From positions 1-64,000 of IMG/VR virus record IMGVR_UViG_3300046003_006038: a DNA stretch of 64,000 bases. One strand, given 5' to 3'. A program made the position numbers and the translations under genes. Positions 24,814 to 33,777 of this stretch are shown here, in pieces (the stretch's first letter is position 1; each line of letters begins with the position of its first letter). The notes beneath the pieces are model-generated. The model made no database searches. It was not told where the DNA came from and saw nothing but the letters and a program-made list of their open reading frames with translations. The DNA comes from a virus (taxonomy: Duplodnaviria; Heunggongvirae; Uroviricota; Caudoviricetes).

Positions 24814-26040
24814 TTAGTTCTTACATACTATTAGATTATTCTGATATTCTTCTAAAGAGTTAATAGTTAACTTAAATATATCTAGTTCAAACTCTCCTAC
24901 CTCTCCACTCTCTTTTATTATTTCCGGCAATTGTTGAATAATATTAAAGGATTGTTGAGTGAATTGTTTTGCATCAAACTCTAATACAATATCATTTTCT
25001 AACTTAGGATCGTTATACTCTATAGTATATATTCTCTTTGATAAGTCAAATTTAGTATTTAACTGCTCCTTGTCAATATAATGTGAGGTAATAACCTGCA
25101 TAGTATCGTCTATGTATATTCTATCGCACCAAGGTTCTAATACTTCTAGTACCTGTAAATTAGAGTTTTTAATTACATAGGCTATGTTATATTTCGGCGG
25201 AACTTTTGGCATCATAAGTTCATCATGTAGTACATTACTTCCCCATTTTCTCCACCACTCTCTGAATTTAATTGCTCTTAATGCTTTGTATTCTTCAGAG
25301 TCTTTTGGCTTATACCAAATTGTCCCATCTGGTAAAGGAATCTCAGCCTCTATCTCTAATCCATCTTTAAACCTACTTCCTCTACAAGTCATATGGTATG
25401 TCAAAGAATCTCTTGATTGTATTAAATCATATCCGGCTAAGTACATTCTATTGAAGATATCCGAGTCTTCTAATTCCATTGGAGCAAATAACTTGTCATG
25501 TCCTCCTATGGCTTGAAAGTCTTCTTTATTCATACACCATGGAGCAAAGATTCCATTTGTTGTTTGATCTTTGTATACAGTTTGACTCTCTTTTACAAAT
25601 TGTAAGAAGTCTTCTTTCTTAAACTCTTCCGGCTCTGTTCCAAACAGTCTTACAAACTTCTCAGGCCCTGGAGGATGTAGAGGCGGTTCAACTCTAGTAG
25701 CTGCTACAACTGTTTTATCTTTTAAATGCTTAAGTAAGTTCTCTACATATCCTGGAGCTACAACCATATCGGCGTGAAGTATGCTGAATACTTCTGTCTT
25801 AGATATCTCAACTCCTTTGTCATATAGAATGGTATGTCCTTGTCTTTCTGGACCTTCGTTTCTGTATTTAATTATGTTATCTCCTTTTAAGGATTGAATC
25901 CAATCCCAAGTACCATCTGTTGATGCATCGTCTAATAAAACAATATCATGCTGAGTTCCGTAATGCTCTTGTATAGAACCAACTGCTTGTTTTAAGTATT
26001 TTAAATTATTCCTGGAAGGAATTATAAAACTTATTCTCAT
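24814..26040 (-). CDS. glycosyltransferase family 2 (GT-A) with C-terminal extension
   Basis: RISFIIPSRNNLKYL...LLDDASTDGT (GT2 N-terminal signature, DxD-type). Confidence 0.65.
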   Translation of the reverse strand: MRISFIIPSRNNLKYLKQAVGSIQEHYGTQHDIVLLDDASTDGTWDWIQSLKGDNIIKYRNEGPERQGHTILYDKGVEISKTEVFSILHADMVVAPGYVENLLKHLKDKTVVAATRVEPPLHPPGPEKFVRLFGTEPEEFKKEDFLQFVKESQTVYKDQTTNGIFAPWCMNKEDFQAIGGHDKLFAPMELEDSDIFNRMYLAGYDLIQSRDSLTYHMTCRGSRFKDGLEIEAEIPLPDGTIWYKPKDSEEYKALRAIKFREWWRKWGSNVLHDELMMPKVPPKYNIAYVIKNSNLQVLEVLEPWCDRIYIDDTMQVITSHYIDKEQLNTKFDLSKRIYTIEYNDPKLENDIVLEFDAKQFTQQSFNIIQQLPEIIKESGEVGEFELDIFKLTINSLEEYQNNLIVCKN

Positions 26041-26807
26041 TTTAATTTATTATATACATTTTCAATTCCTTGCTCTAATCCGATAAAAGCTATTGGAAGC
26101 TCGGTAAAGGTCCCTATATAATTCTCTCCTGGTAGAGGATCTTCTATGTTAATTGGTACTTTATTTATTGATAAATGGTTATTTATGTAATTAGCTATTT
26201 TGCTTAATGATACTGTATCTTCATATATGCAGTCTACTTCTTTTAAAAGATCTTTACCCTCCATGTAATATACTATTGTAGAGATTAGATCAGGCATGTA
26301 TATAAAGTCCATTAACCTATCTTGGTATACTACCATAGGTTCGTTGTTAAGAACCTTTCTAATACTGGATTTAATAAATCGAGTATCGTTTTCATTTTCA
26401 TCAAACACTGCAAATACTCTTAAGGTATAGAAATCATCATACTTGTGAACTAGTTTATTGATAATATTTTTGCTATGACCATATGGAGTGTCCGGCAAAT
26501 ACCTTTCTGCTCCCGAACCTATATTGATTAGCTTCTTAAAGTGATCTTTTTTTGATAGTAAGTTATAGAACATAACTAAATTCCAGAACGATATAGTCTC
26601 ATCAGGATCTCTAGTATTAGCTACTCCTTTTATAGCAGTATGTATAACAACATCGAACTGCTTATTCTCAAAAAATTTATCTACAGAAGATTTATCAGTT
26701 AAGTCTAATTCATCTTTCCCAGGAGCTATTATATGGTACCTACTCCATAAAGTATTAGTAATACTTTTAGCAATATACCCTTTTCCTCCTGTAACTAATA
26801 TTCTCAT
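26037..26807 (-). CDS. NAD-dependent epimerase/dehydratase (SDR) family protein
   Basis: MRILVTGGKGYIAKS Rossmann GxxGxxG; start trimmed to MRILVTGG. Confidence 0.55.
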   Translation of the reverse strand: MRILVTGGKGYIAKSITNTLWSRYHIIAPGKDELDLTDKSSVDKFFENKQFDVVIHTAIKGVANTRDPDETISFWNLVMFYNLLSKKDHFKKLINIGSGAERYLPDTPYGHSKNIINKLVHKYDDFYTLRVFAVFDENENDTRFIKSSIRKVLNNEPMVVYQDRLMDFIYMPDLISTIVYYMEGKDLLKEVDCIYEDTVSLSKIANYINNHLSINKVPINIEDPLPGENYIGTFTELPIAFIGLEQGIENVYNKLK

Positions 26808-26808
26808 A

Positions 26809-27345
26809 TTACTTCTCTTTACTAAAATCCCCAAATTCAACTAAGATAGTATTTATGCCATCTACTCTATTTAGAGCTTTTTTATAAGCAGGTACAATAT
26901 CTTCAGGTTCAAATAACTCTACAACTTCTATATTACGATTCATCTGCCTGAAAGCCTCCGAGAAGTTTCCTTTGTGTTGACATTGAGGGTCAACTGGTCT
27001 TTCGCTACCTACTGCTACTCGTATAATAACTTTAGGATCTAACTTACCATTAGACATTTCAATAAACTTATCCAGGTGATTAACTATTTGATCAACTCCC
27101 ATAAGTAGGAAATTCCATCTAGGATATGTTGATACAGGTATCATGCCTTCAATTGCCATTCCATTTGCTAGTCCTGTTTGAAAATATTCGGCCACTGGAA
27201 GTTCTAATTTCTTTTCAGCTGGTAGGTGAGACATGGTATCAAATAGTCCAGTTCCTTCGTACTCTACTGCTTGACCTATAAAGAACGTCTTAGGATGTTC
27301 TGCTAACAAGCTCATTGCTTTCTGTAACTCTTCAAAGTATTTCAT
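26809..27345 (-). CDS. TPP-dependent enzyme, beta (pyrimidine-binding, transketolase/E1-beta-like) subunit
   Basis: FFIGQAVEYEGTGLFDTMSHL...AEYFQTGLANGMAIEGMIPV matches the transketolase Pyr-domain pattern. Confidence 0.55.
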   Translation of the reverse strand: MKYFEELQKAMSLLAEHPKTFFIGQAVEYEGTGLFDTMSHLPAEKKLELPVAEYFQTGLANGMAIEGMIPVSTYPRWNFLLMGVDQIVNHLDKFIEMSNGKLDPKVIIRVAVGSERPVDPQCQHKGNFSEAFRQMNRNIEVVELFEPEDIVPAYKKALNRVDGINTILVEFGDFSKEK

Positions 27346-27354
27346 ATCTCTATA

Positions 27355-27981
27355 TTAAAATTGAACTCTCATTCCTGCTCCGGCGTGAGGGTATTTATTA
27401 TTAGTATACTGATAGTATATTAAATTCTTCTGTCTTAACAGCCCTCCTGTATACTCTGATTCAAGATAATACGGTCTTTCTCTCTTCCAGATATCCGGTG
27501 TAGGAGTGCACACTGATTTTTTATTATCCTCTACAACAAAAGTTATTGGTAGGTCATGATTCAAACTGTACTTATAAGCTTCGTGAAATGCTCCTGTTTC
27601 GGCTGACATATCTCCTACCCAGCACCAAACTCTATTTGATTTTCCTTGAAGTTTAATTGCTAATGCAATACCTGCTGCTATGGAAGGAATACCTCCTACA
27701 ATAGAGCTGCATACAAATTTATACTCTGGAAGATTAACCACCATAGATTTCCCTTCTAGAATATTCTTTTTCATTACTTCAGCTGGAATTCCTTTTAATA
27801 ATCCTTGGTAATGGTTTCTCCAGGTACAGCACACCCAGTCATTTTCTACATCGACATCTTTAAACAATTCTATCATTAAATCCTCATTACCCGAATAGAG
27901 GTGTATAGGTGCTTTAATTTCACCCCTATTGAATGAATCCCCAATTTCTGTTTCAAATTGGATTAATTGTTCTCTTACCAT
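27355..27981 (-). CDS. TPP-dependent enzyme, alpha (PP-domain, transketolase/E1-alpha-like) subunit
   Basis: GDMSAETGAFHEAYKYSLNHDLPITFVVEDN is a TPP-binding GDG-X(25-30)-N motif. Confidence 0.6.
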   Translation of the reverse strand: MVREQLIQFETEIGDSFNRGEIKAPIHLYSGNEDLMIELFKDVDVENDWVCCTWRNHYQGLLKGIPAEVMKKNILEGKSMVVNLPEYKFVCSSIVGGIPSIAAGIALAIKLQGKSNRVWCWVGDMSAETGAFHEAYKYSLNHDLPITFVVEDNKKSVCTPTPDIWKRERPYYLESEYTGGLLRQKNLIYYQYTNNKYPHAGAGMRVQF

Positions 27982-28931
27982 ATAAATTTTTCTCTATAAT
28001 ATTCTACAATATACTTTAATTCAGTATCAAAATTAATTTGAGGCTTCCATCCTAATGCTCTCAACTTATCATCATTTAAAGCATATCGAACATCCTGCCC
28101 TTGTCTATCGTATGAGAAGTCTACAAAGTCTTCTAACATATAATCTTGATCTTTATTGTACAATATAAGAACTTTTTTGATAGTATCCAAATTACTTTGC
28201 TCAAATCCTCCACAGATATTAAAGATTTCATTCTGCACTCCTGATTCGATTATCTTCACAACAGCATTGGCTGTATCCTGAGCATGAAGCCAAGTTCTGA
28301 TTGGAGTACCGTTATTGTGTAAAGGAATCTTTTTGCCTAGCTTTAAATGCTTCAATGTTTTTGGAATTAGTTTTTCAGTATACTGCCCAATTCCGTAGTT
28401 GTTAGTTGGACGAACAATTACATATGGAAGGTTGTAAGTCCTACCCCATGCTGTTACAAGCATATCTGCTGCAGCTTTTGTAGCTGAATATGGATTGGAA
28501 GGTTTAAGTAAATCTGTTTCAACATGCTCTCCTTCTTCAATATCGCCATATACTTCATCTGTGCTAAAGTGGAGTAGTGTAGGTTTTGTTGAATGTTCTC
28601 CTCTATGATTCTTAATTAACTCTAATAGGTTATGAACTCCATTTACATTCGAAGATACAAACTCATCTGAATTAGCAATTGAATTACCTACGTGAGTCTC
28701 AGCTGCTGTATTGATTATATAATCACAATCATATAGAAACTTCAAATCGTTAATATCACAATCAACAAAAGAGAAGTTACTGTATTCTTTAAATTCTTTT
28801 AATAGAGTTTTATTGGCTGCATATGTTCCTTTATCAACTCCTTTAACATACCATCCTCTATCAAGGCATACTCTTGTTACATAGGATCCTATAAACCCTA
28901 GACAACCTGTTACGTAAACTACTTTCGTCAT
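27975..28931 (-). CDS. NDP-sugar 4,6-dehydratase (RfbB/dTDP-glucose 4,6-dehydratase-like SDR)
   Basis: VVYVTGCLGFIGS Rossmann; YSATKAAADMLVTAWGRTYNL (YxxxK); ~318 aa. Confidence 0.65.
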   Translation of the reverse strand: MTKVVYVTGCLGFIGSYVTRVCLDRGWYVKGVDKGTYAANKTLLKEFKEYSNFSFVDCDINDLKFLYDCDYIINTAAETHVGNSIANSDEFVSSNVNGVHNLLELIKNHRGEHSTKPTLLHFSTDEVYGDIEEGEHVETDLLKPSNPYSATKAAADMLVTAWGRTYNLPYVIVRPTNNYGIGQYTEKLIPKTLKHLKLGKKIPLHNNGTPIRTWLHAQDTANAVVKIIESGVQNEIFNICGGFEQSNLDTIKKVLILYNKDQDYMLEDFVDFSYDRQGQDVRYALNDDKLRALGWKPQINFDTELKYIVEYYREKFIW

Positions 28932-28932
28932 T

Positions 28933-29604
28933 TTATTCTTTATATAAGTGTTGTGAAAAATCTACTGCATCTACATAGTCCTGATACAGATTAAATACAC
29001 TCTTGTACTTTGAATCTATACCTGTGCCGATCCAAAATTCACATTGATGGCGTTCATCAAATATTAACGGCATCTCTTTTGGATGTTGTAATTTATTAAT
29101 GTGGCTTGCTCTTGTCCACCAAAAGTTCTGTGAGAAATGACGTACTGGGTTATATATCAGTTCAGCACCTACTACATCGTATTCTTTTAAGAACTCTAAA
29201 CTCTCCCTGTACCTAGTTACATTCCAGTGTAGTTGATATTTTCTGACATCTTCAATCCATTTATATTCTGGAACTTGTGTTGAATTGCTAGATCCTTTTG
29301 TATGTAGGTACAATATATTATCTGTTGGATTATACTTACAGTGTTTAATTATTTTATCTAGTGTTGGAAATTCCCAAGCATGTACATTTGTTCCGTTGTA
29401 ATTTATTTTACCCTTAGGTACATTAAACCTAATATTTGGATCCCCTAATAGTTCTAAATTAATTTCATCGACATCTGTATATATTTTTGAATCTAATATA
29501 TGTTGAGCTATTTCATCAACTATTGCTTGACATCTTCCATGGTTATTGTATCCATTCTTGTCTATCAGTAGGTTTGCTGCATGAATAAATATAATGTTTC
29601 TCAT
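28933..29604 (-). CDS. hypothetical protein in glycan locus
   Basis: ORF in track, translationally coupled. Confidence 0.55.
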   Translation of the reverse strand: MRNIIFIHAANLLIDKNGYNNHGRCQAIVDEIAQHILDSKIYTDVDEINLELLGDPNIRFNVPKGKINYNGTNVHAWEFPTLDKIIKHCKYNPTDNILYLHTKGSSNSTQVPEYKWIEDVRKYQLHWNVTRYRESLEFLKEYDVVGAELIYNPVRHFSQNFWWTRASHINKLQHPKEMPLIFDERHQCEFWIGTGIDSKYKSVFNLYQDYVDAVDFSQHLYKE

Positions 29605-30413
29605 ATTGCAGTCCAGGTATTTGGATAGTAATTTTTATTTATAAATTGACTTTCTTTGTCAGAAGGTCCAATATAGTCTTCCGGGCAAACAACTATTTTA
29701 TTTGGATTGTTGTTTAAATAAGCACCCCACCAACTAAAGCTAGAATTTGCAATTATGTTATGATCACATAAAGACATCATACACATATCTACATAATTTG
29801 AATTACCTTCACTAAAGTGTATATTATCCCCTACTAGTACTTCTTTACACCATTCTATATCGTCTGAGAATACTAATAGTTTAAAGTATGTAAATTTTTC
29901 TAAGAATATATTTATAGCTTCATTATAGTAATCTAGTGTAAGATTTAGTGAAGAAACTTCTAAATAATCTCCTCTTCTAAAATGTACAGAAACTATAGGG
30001 TAGTTCTCACCTTCTTTTACCTCTTCTACCTTACTAATAGCTTCAGCTAATATACTCTCCTTAAATTTAAAAGCATCCTTAATAAGATTTTCATACTTAT
30101 CCCAGTAGTGGTATAGGTGGAACCATCCCTGTATATCCCAATTAGTATTTGGATCTAGATTAAAAACTTCTTTATCACATATTTTCTCTTTAAGAGTGTA
30201 TATAGAGTGAGTTCCTTCTGAAATACTTTTGATTGGATGTTTCAAATCAAACGCTTCAAATAACCTTACTCCTCTAAACAGTTCCATATATTCTTTGAAG
30301 AATACAATATCACTACCTAAGTGTTTTGAGAGTGCCAGCAAGCCAGCGTACTGGCTCATCTGCGAACCAAACTGAGGCCCTATTGAGAGGTTTGTTTTTG
30401 TTATATAGTTCAT
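29601..30413 (-). CDS. GT11-family alpha-1,2-fucosyl/colitosyltransferase
   Basis: IVSVHFRRGDY and SSFSWWGAYL motifs are diagnostic of GT11 (FutC/WbsJ/WbgN). Start trimmed to MNYITK after the internal promoter at 30424-30462. Confidence 0.7.
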   Translation of the reverse strand: MNYITKTNLSIGPQFGSQMSQYAGLLALSKHLGSDIVFFKEYMELFRGVRLFEAFDLKHPIKSISEGTHSIYTLKEKICDKEVFNLDPNTNWDIQGWFHLYHYWDKYENLIKDAFKFKESILAEAISKVEEVKEGENYPIVSVHFRRGDYLEVSSLNLTLDYYNEAINIFLEKFTYFKLLVFSDDIEWCKEVLVGDNIHFSEGNSNYVDMCMMSLCDHNIIANSSFSWWGAYLNNNPNKIVVCPEDYIGPSDKESQFINKNYYPNTWTAI

Positions 30414-30423
30414 TATTATTTTA

Positions 30424-30462
30424 TCTTTTATTAATATACGAAATACTCTTCTACTATACAAC
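30424..30462 (-). promoter_or_regulatory. internal family-type promoter within glycan locus
   Basis: aatatacgaaatactcttctactatacaact (TTG-N20-TATATTAA on the minus strand). Confidence 0.4.
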
Positions 30463-31299
30463 TTTATAGTGATCGATAAGTTTTTGCACAATTTCATCAA
30501 TACTATATTCACAGTTGTATCCAAAATTTCTTAACTTTGTTGTATCCAAGTATGAATTTTTTACCTGTACGATATTGTGAAAATGTGTAGGTTCTATATT
30601 AATAATCTGAGAGTTTGAATTAGCTTTTTTAATTGCTTTTTTAATAATGTTTAAGAATAAGTAAGGTTTTCCGCTTCCTATATTTATAATCTCGTCTACA
30701 GGTGCATTCTCTATACAGTGGTGTATTGCTTTACATACATCATCTACGTAAATATAATCTCTAAGTACATTTCCTCCGTAATATAATTCTACGTCTCTAC
30801 CTTCAACAATTTCTTTAATTAAGAACTGTAGTGCATTTTTCTTTTTAGAAATTTTTTGATCTCCTTCTCCTAGTACATTTGCTAGTCTAAATATTCTGTA
30901 CTTTACATTATACGTATTACAAAAACTTATAATTAACTGTTCTGCACATCTCTTTGTAATAGAGTAAAAGCCTGTAGGATTACAGCTTAGGTCATCTTCT
31001 TTAAAAGGAGTCTTATCATTTTGTCCGTATACAAACCAGGAGCTAATAAAATTAAAAGTTGTATCTGGATTATCTTTTATATGCTCTAGAACATTTAATA
31101 AAACTTTTAAGTTTGTATCTACATCTACGTGTAGGTCTTTGTGTATATTATAATTGTCAATCGTACTAATAAAATACAATACTTCTTTTGATTGTGGCTT
31201 ATAGTCTAATCTTTCATTTATAATAACTTCATCTGAATATAATGAACAGTACCTGCTTCCTATGAATCCTGTTCCTCCAAAAATATTTACTTTTTCCAT
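30454..31299 (-). CDS. NAD-dependent epimerase/dehydratase (SDR) family protein
   Basis: VNIFGGTGFIGS; YSITKRCAE (YxxxK). Confidence 0.6.
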   Translation of the reverse strand: MEKVNIFGGTGFIGSRYCSLYSDEVIINERLDYKPQSKEVLYFISTIDNYNIHKDLHVDVDTNLKVLLNVLEHIKDNPDTTFNFISSWFVYGQNDKTPFKEDDLSCNPTGFYSITKRCAEQLIISFCNTYNVKYRIFRLANVLGEGDQKISKKKNALQFLIKEIVEGRDVELYYGGNVLRDYIYVDDVCKAIHHCIENAPVDEIINIGSGKPYLFLNIIKKAIKKANSNSQIINIEPTHFHNIVQVKNSYLDTTKLRNFGYNCEYSIDEIVQKLIDHYKVV

Positions 31300-31371
31300 A
31301 TAACTATTGTATTAAGTTTGCTTTACTAACATGTTGTAGAGGTTACCTCTATGTCTGGTAATTCTATTTTA

Positions 31372-32016
31372 CTATTCATATTGTTCTAATTTTGATATTT
31401 CGGTGCGTGCTGCTTCGTATAACTTTCCATGAAAGCCAAAAGTATTTTTTAAATTATATTCACATTCAGGTATTGCATGTTCTAGTGAAAATCTAGCTGC
31501 TACTTCAACCGGTGCATACTTACATCCATTCTGTTTAAAGTAGCCGTAATACGTGTTTGTTACTAGTACGTCGTTATGTGCTTCTGTATAAGGAATACTT
31601 TCTTCTAAGTTTAAAAATTTTTTACTCTTTAGTACAAATCCTCCATTACCTACTCTGTTCCTTTTACACCATTCTAATCCATCAGGCCAAGGTGCTCCTA
31701 TATAGTCGTATTTGAGAAAATCATCATCCCAGTTATGTGGATTAATAATAAATCCATCATCATGAATAGATAACATATACTCGTTATCAATATACTTAGG
31801 AAGAGTGTTTAAATGAAACCAATTCATTGTATTATGAGATTGCTTCTCTATTTCTATATACTCTATATGATCTGGAAGATTGGAAGGCCTGTAATGTGCA
31901 AGTAATTTTATAGAACCAAACTTTATCTGTTTTGAGCTATACAAAAGAGCTTTTACAGACTCCTCTGGGTTAACACAATTTACTGATATTAGATCTATTT
32001 TTGAAAGGTCTTTCAT
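31372..32016 (-). CDS. hypothetical protein in glycan locus (possible novel glycosyltransferase)
   Basis: ORF in track. Confidence 0.5.
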   Translation of the reverse strand: MKDLSKIDLISVNCVNPEESVKALLYSSKQIKFGSIKLLAHYRPSNLPDHIEYIEIEKQSHNTMNWFHLNTLPKYIDNEYMLSIHDDGFIINPHNWDDDFLKYDYIGAPWPDGLEWCKRNRVGNGGFVLKSKKFLNLEESIPYTEAHNDVLVTNTYYGYFKQNGCKYAPVEVAARFSLEHAIPECEYNLKNTFGFHGKLYEAARTEISKLEQYE

Positions 32017-32990
32017 TATATTGTCTTAAATAAGTTTTCTATATAATAATTCTCTATTTCCTTCTGTTTAACTGTACATCCATATGCCATATGAATTCCG
32101 TAACAGTTTCTTACGTATACTGGAGATCTATCAGTAATGTTTGCGTACATTGTTAACTGTCCTTCATCCCAATTATCAAAGAAAACTTTCTGTGCTTCTA
32201 AATAAAATTCTGTTTTTGCTATAAATAAATTATTACAGAAGTAAGGTGTTAGGTATTTTTCTAAAAAAAGTTCTGAGTTATTCAGTACAAGTTCTTTCTT
32301 CTCTGCTGCATGTCTAGCAATGTACATGTTGTAGTCGTAAGAGAATCTGGCAGGATGTACCCCTTTAACTATGCTGTAGAACCATGGTAGCCCTTCCCTT
32401 CCTTTTACAGGATTAATCCTATCTACTAACTTCCAATAGTCTTCTCCATTCCATGCACTTAATCCCTCTATGTACCTAAACACTTCAGAATAATTACATC
32501 CAAAAATATTCGGATCTATATTATCTTTCAGAAAAATTTTATATACATCCTCTTTTTCTTGTTCTGTTAAAAAATCTTGTAGAAATAACTCTACAGAAGG
32601 CATTCCATTTGATAATGTAGGAGCTAACACTGACACGGTAGGGTCATTTAGTATACCTCTATTTTCAATCATATAGTCCCAGACATGTCGATTTACAAAA
32701 ACATCATCATCCCATTTACAGAAATATTCTGTTGTTGTTTGTTGAGCTACTTGCATCTTATGTTCGTAGGCATCTGTTGGCATACTAGCTAGAGTAGCCT
32801 CTATGCCTGCTTCTACTACTGGGTATAATATTTCTTCCCAAAGTCTGTTATCATTTTCATGACAGTACACGTAAAGCTGTATTTCTTTCTTGTTACCTTC
32901 TTTAATGTTTACAAGTTCTTTTAAAGCTGCTTTTACTAAAGGTAGTCTGTATTTATTCTGTGAACTGTTAAATAAGTTAATCTGTATCAT
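32016..32990 (-). CDS. hypothetical protein in glycan locus
   Basis: ORF in track; ATGA overlap. Confidence 0.55.
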   Translation of the reverse strand: MIQINLFNSSQNKYRLPLVKAALKELVNIKEGNKKEIQLYVYCHENDNRLWEEILYPVVEAGIEATLASMPTDAYEHKMQVAQQTTTEYFCKWDDDVFVNRHVWDYMIENRGILNDPTVSVLAPTLSNGMPSVELFLQDFLTEQEKEDVYKIFLKDNIDPNIFGCNYSEVFRYIEGLSAWNGEDYWKLVDRINPVKGREGLPWFYSIVKGVHPARFSYDYNMYIARHAAEKKELVLNNSELFLEKYLTPYFCNNLFIAKTEFYLEAQKVFFDNWDEGQLTMYANITDRSPVYVRNCYGIHMAYGCTVKQKEIENYYIENLFKTI

Positions 32991-33777
32991 CTGGTAGTAA
33001 TTTGTACTGTAAATCTGTATTTAGAACTCTAGCAAAATAGTTTACATTAGAGTTAGTGCAACATAGTAACATGTTAGCTTTGGATAGTAAGTATGCTTCT
33101 ACAATTACATCTTCGCCTACATAGTACTTACTACATTTATAGTCATTAGCATAATGTAACGGGATATCATTATTGCTTCTAAAAGTTGCAGGATACTCCA
33201 CTACTTTATCGCCAAAAGCTTTCTTTATTGCATCTACTCTATTCTGCTCATCAGATGCTATGAAAAGCACATCGTACTCATCTATGTACTTTTTAATACG
33301 TTGAATATAGAAATCCATAGAAAGTTTATCTGGATGATCTGTACCTCTACAATGTACTCCTAATACTCTTTTTCCTTTAAAGTGAGTATTGTAAAAACTG
33401 TTAATTTTAGACTCTACATGAGGAAGAAGTTTTACGTACTTTTTTACTATTTCTCCATACTCTTTACGTTTAACTTTATAGTCTTCCGGGGTGGTGTATA
33501 TGTCCCTAAATTCACTAAACTCATCATGAAGTAATCCTACCTCTGATAAAATTTCAGAAGAAGTAGGCTTAGTGTCTGTGTGAGGTTGTTCAAAGTAGTA
33601 TTCCCAAACGTTCTCTATTTCTTGTTGACGGTACATTTCTTCATCGAAGTAGCAAGATTCTCTACCAAAATGTATGTAGTACTTATCGTTAGGGTAGTGG
33701 TACATTCCTCTTATTGTTTGCCAAATAAAAGCAAACATCCCTGAGTTGTGTTGTGTGGGGTGTAAATATCTGTACAT
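32977..33777 (-). CDS. putative fucosyltransferase-like glycosyltransferase (GT23/NodZ-like motif)
   Basis: GVHCRGTDH resembles the H(V/I)RRGD motif of GT-B fucosyltransferases; weak. Confidence 0.35.
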   Translation of the reverse strand: MYRYLHPTQHNSGMFAFIWQTIRGMYHYPNDKYYIHFGRESCYFDEEMYRQQEIENVWEYYFEQPHTDTKPTSSEILSEVGLLHDEFSEFRDIYTTPEDYKVKRKEYGEIVKKYVKLLPHVESKINSFYNTHFKGKRVLGVHCRGTDHPDKLSMDFYIQRIKKYIDEYDVLFIASDEQNRVDAIKKAFGDKVVEYPATFRSNNDIPLHYANDYKCSKYYVGEDVIVEAYLLSKANMLLCCTNSNVNYFARVLNTDLQYKLLPDDTD

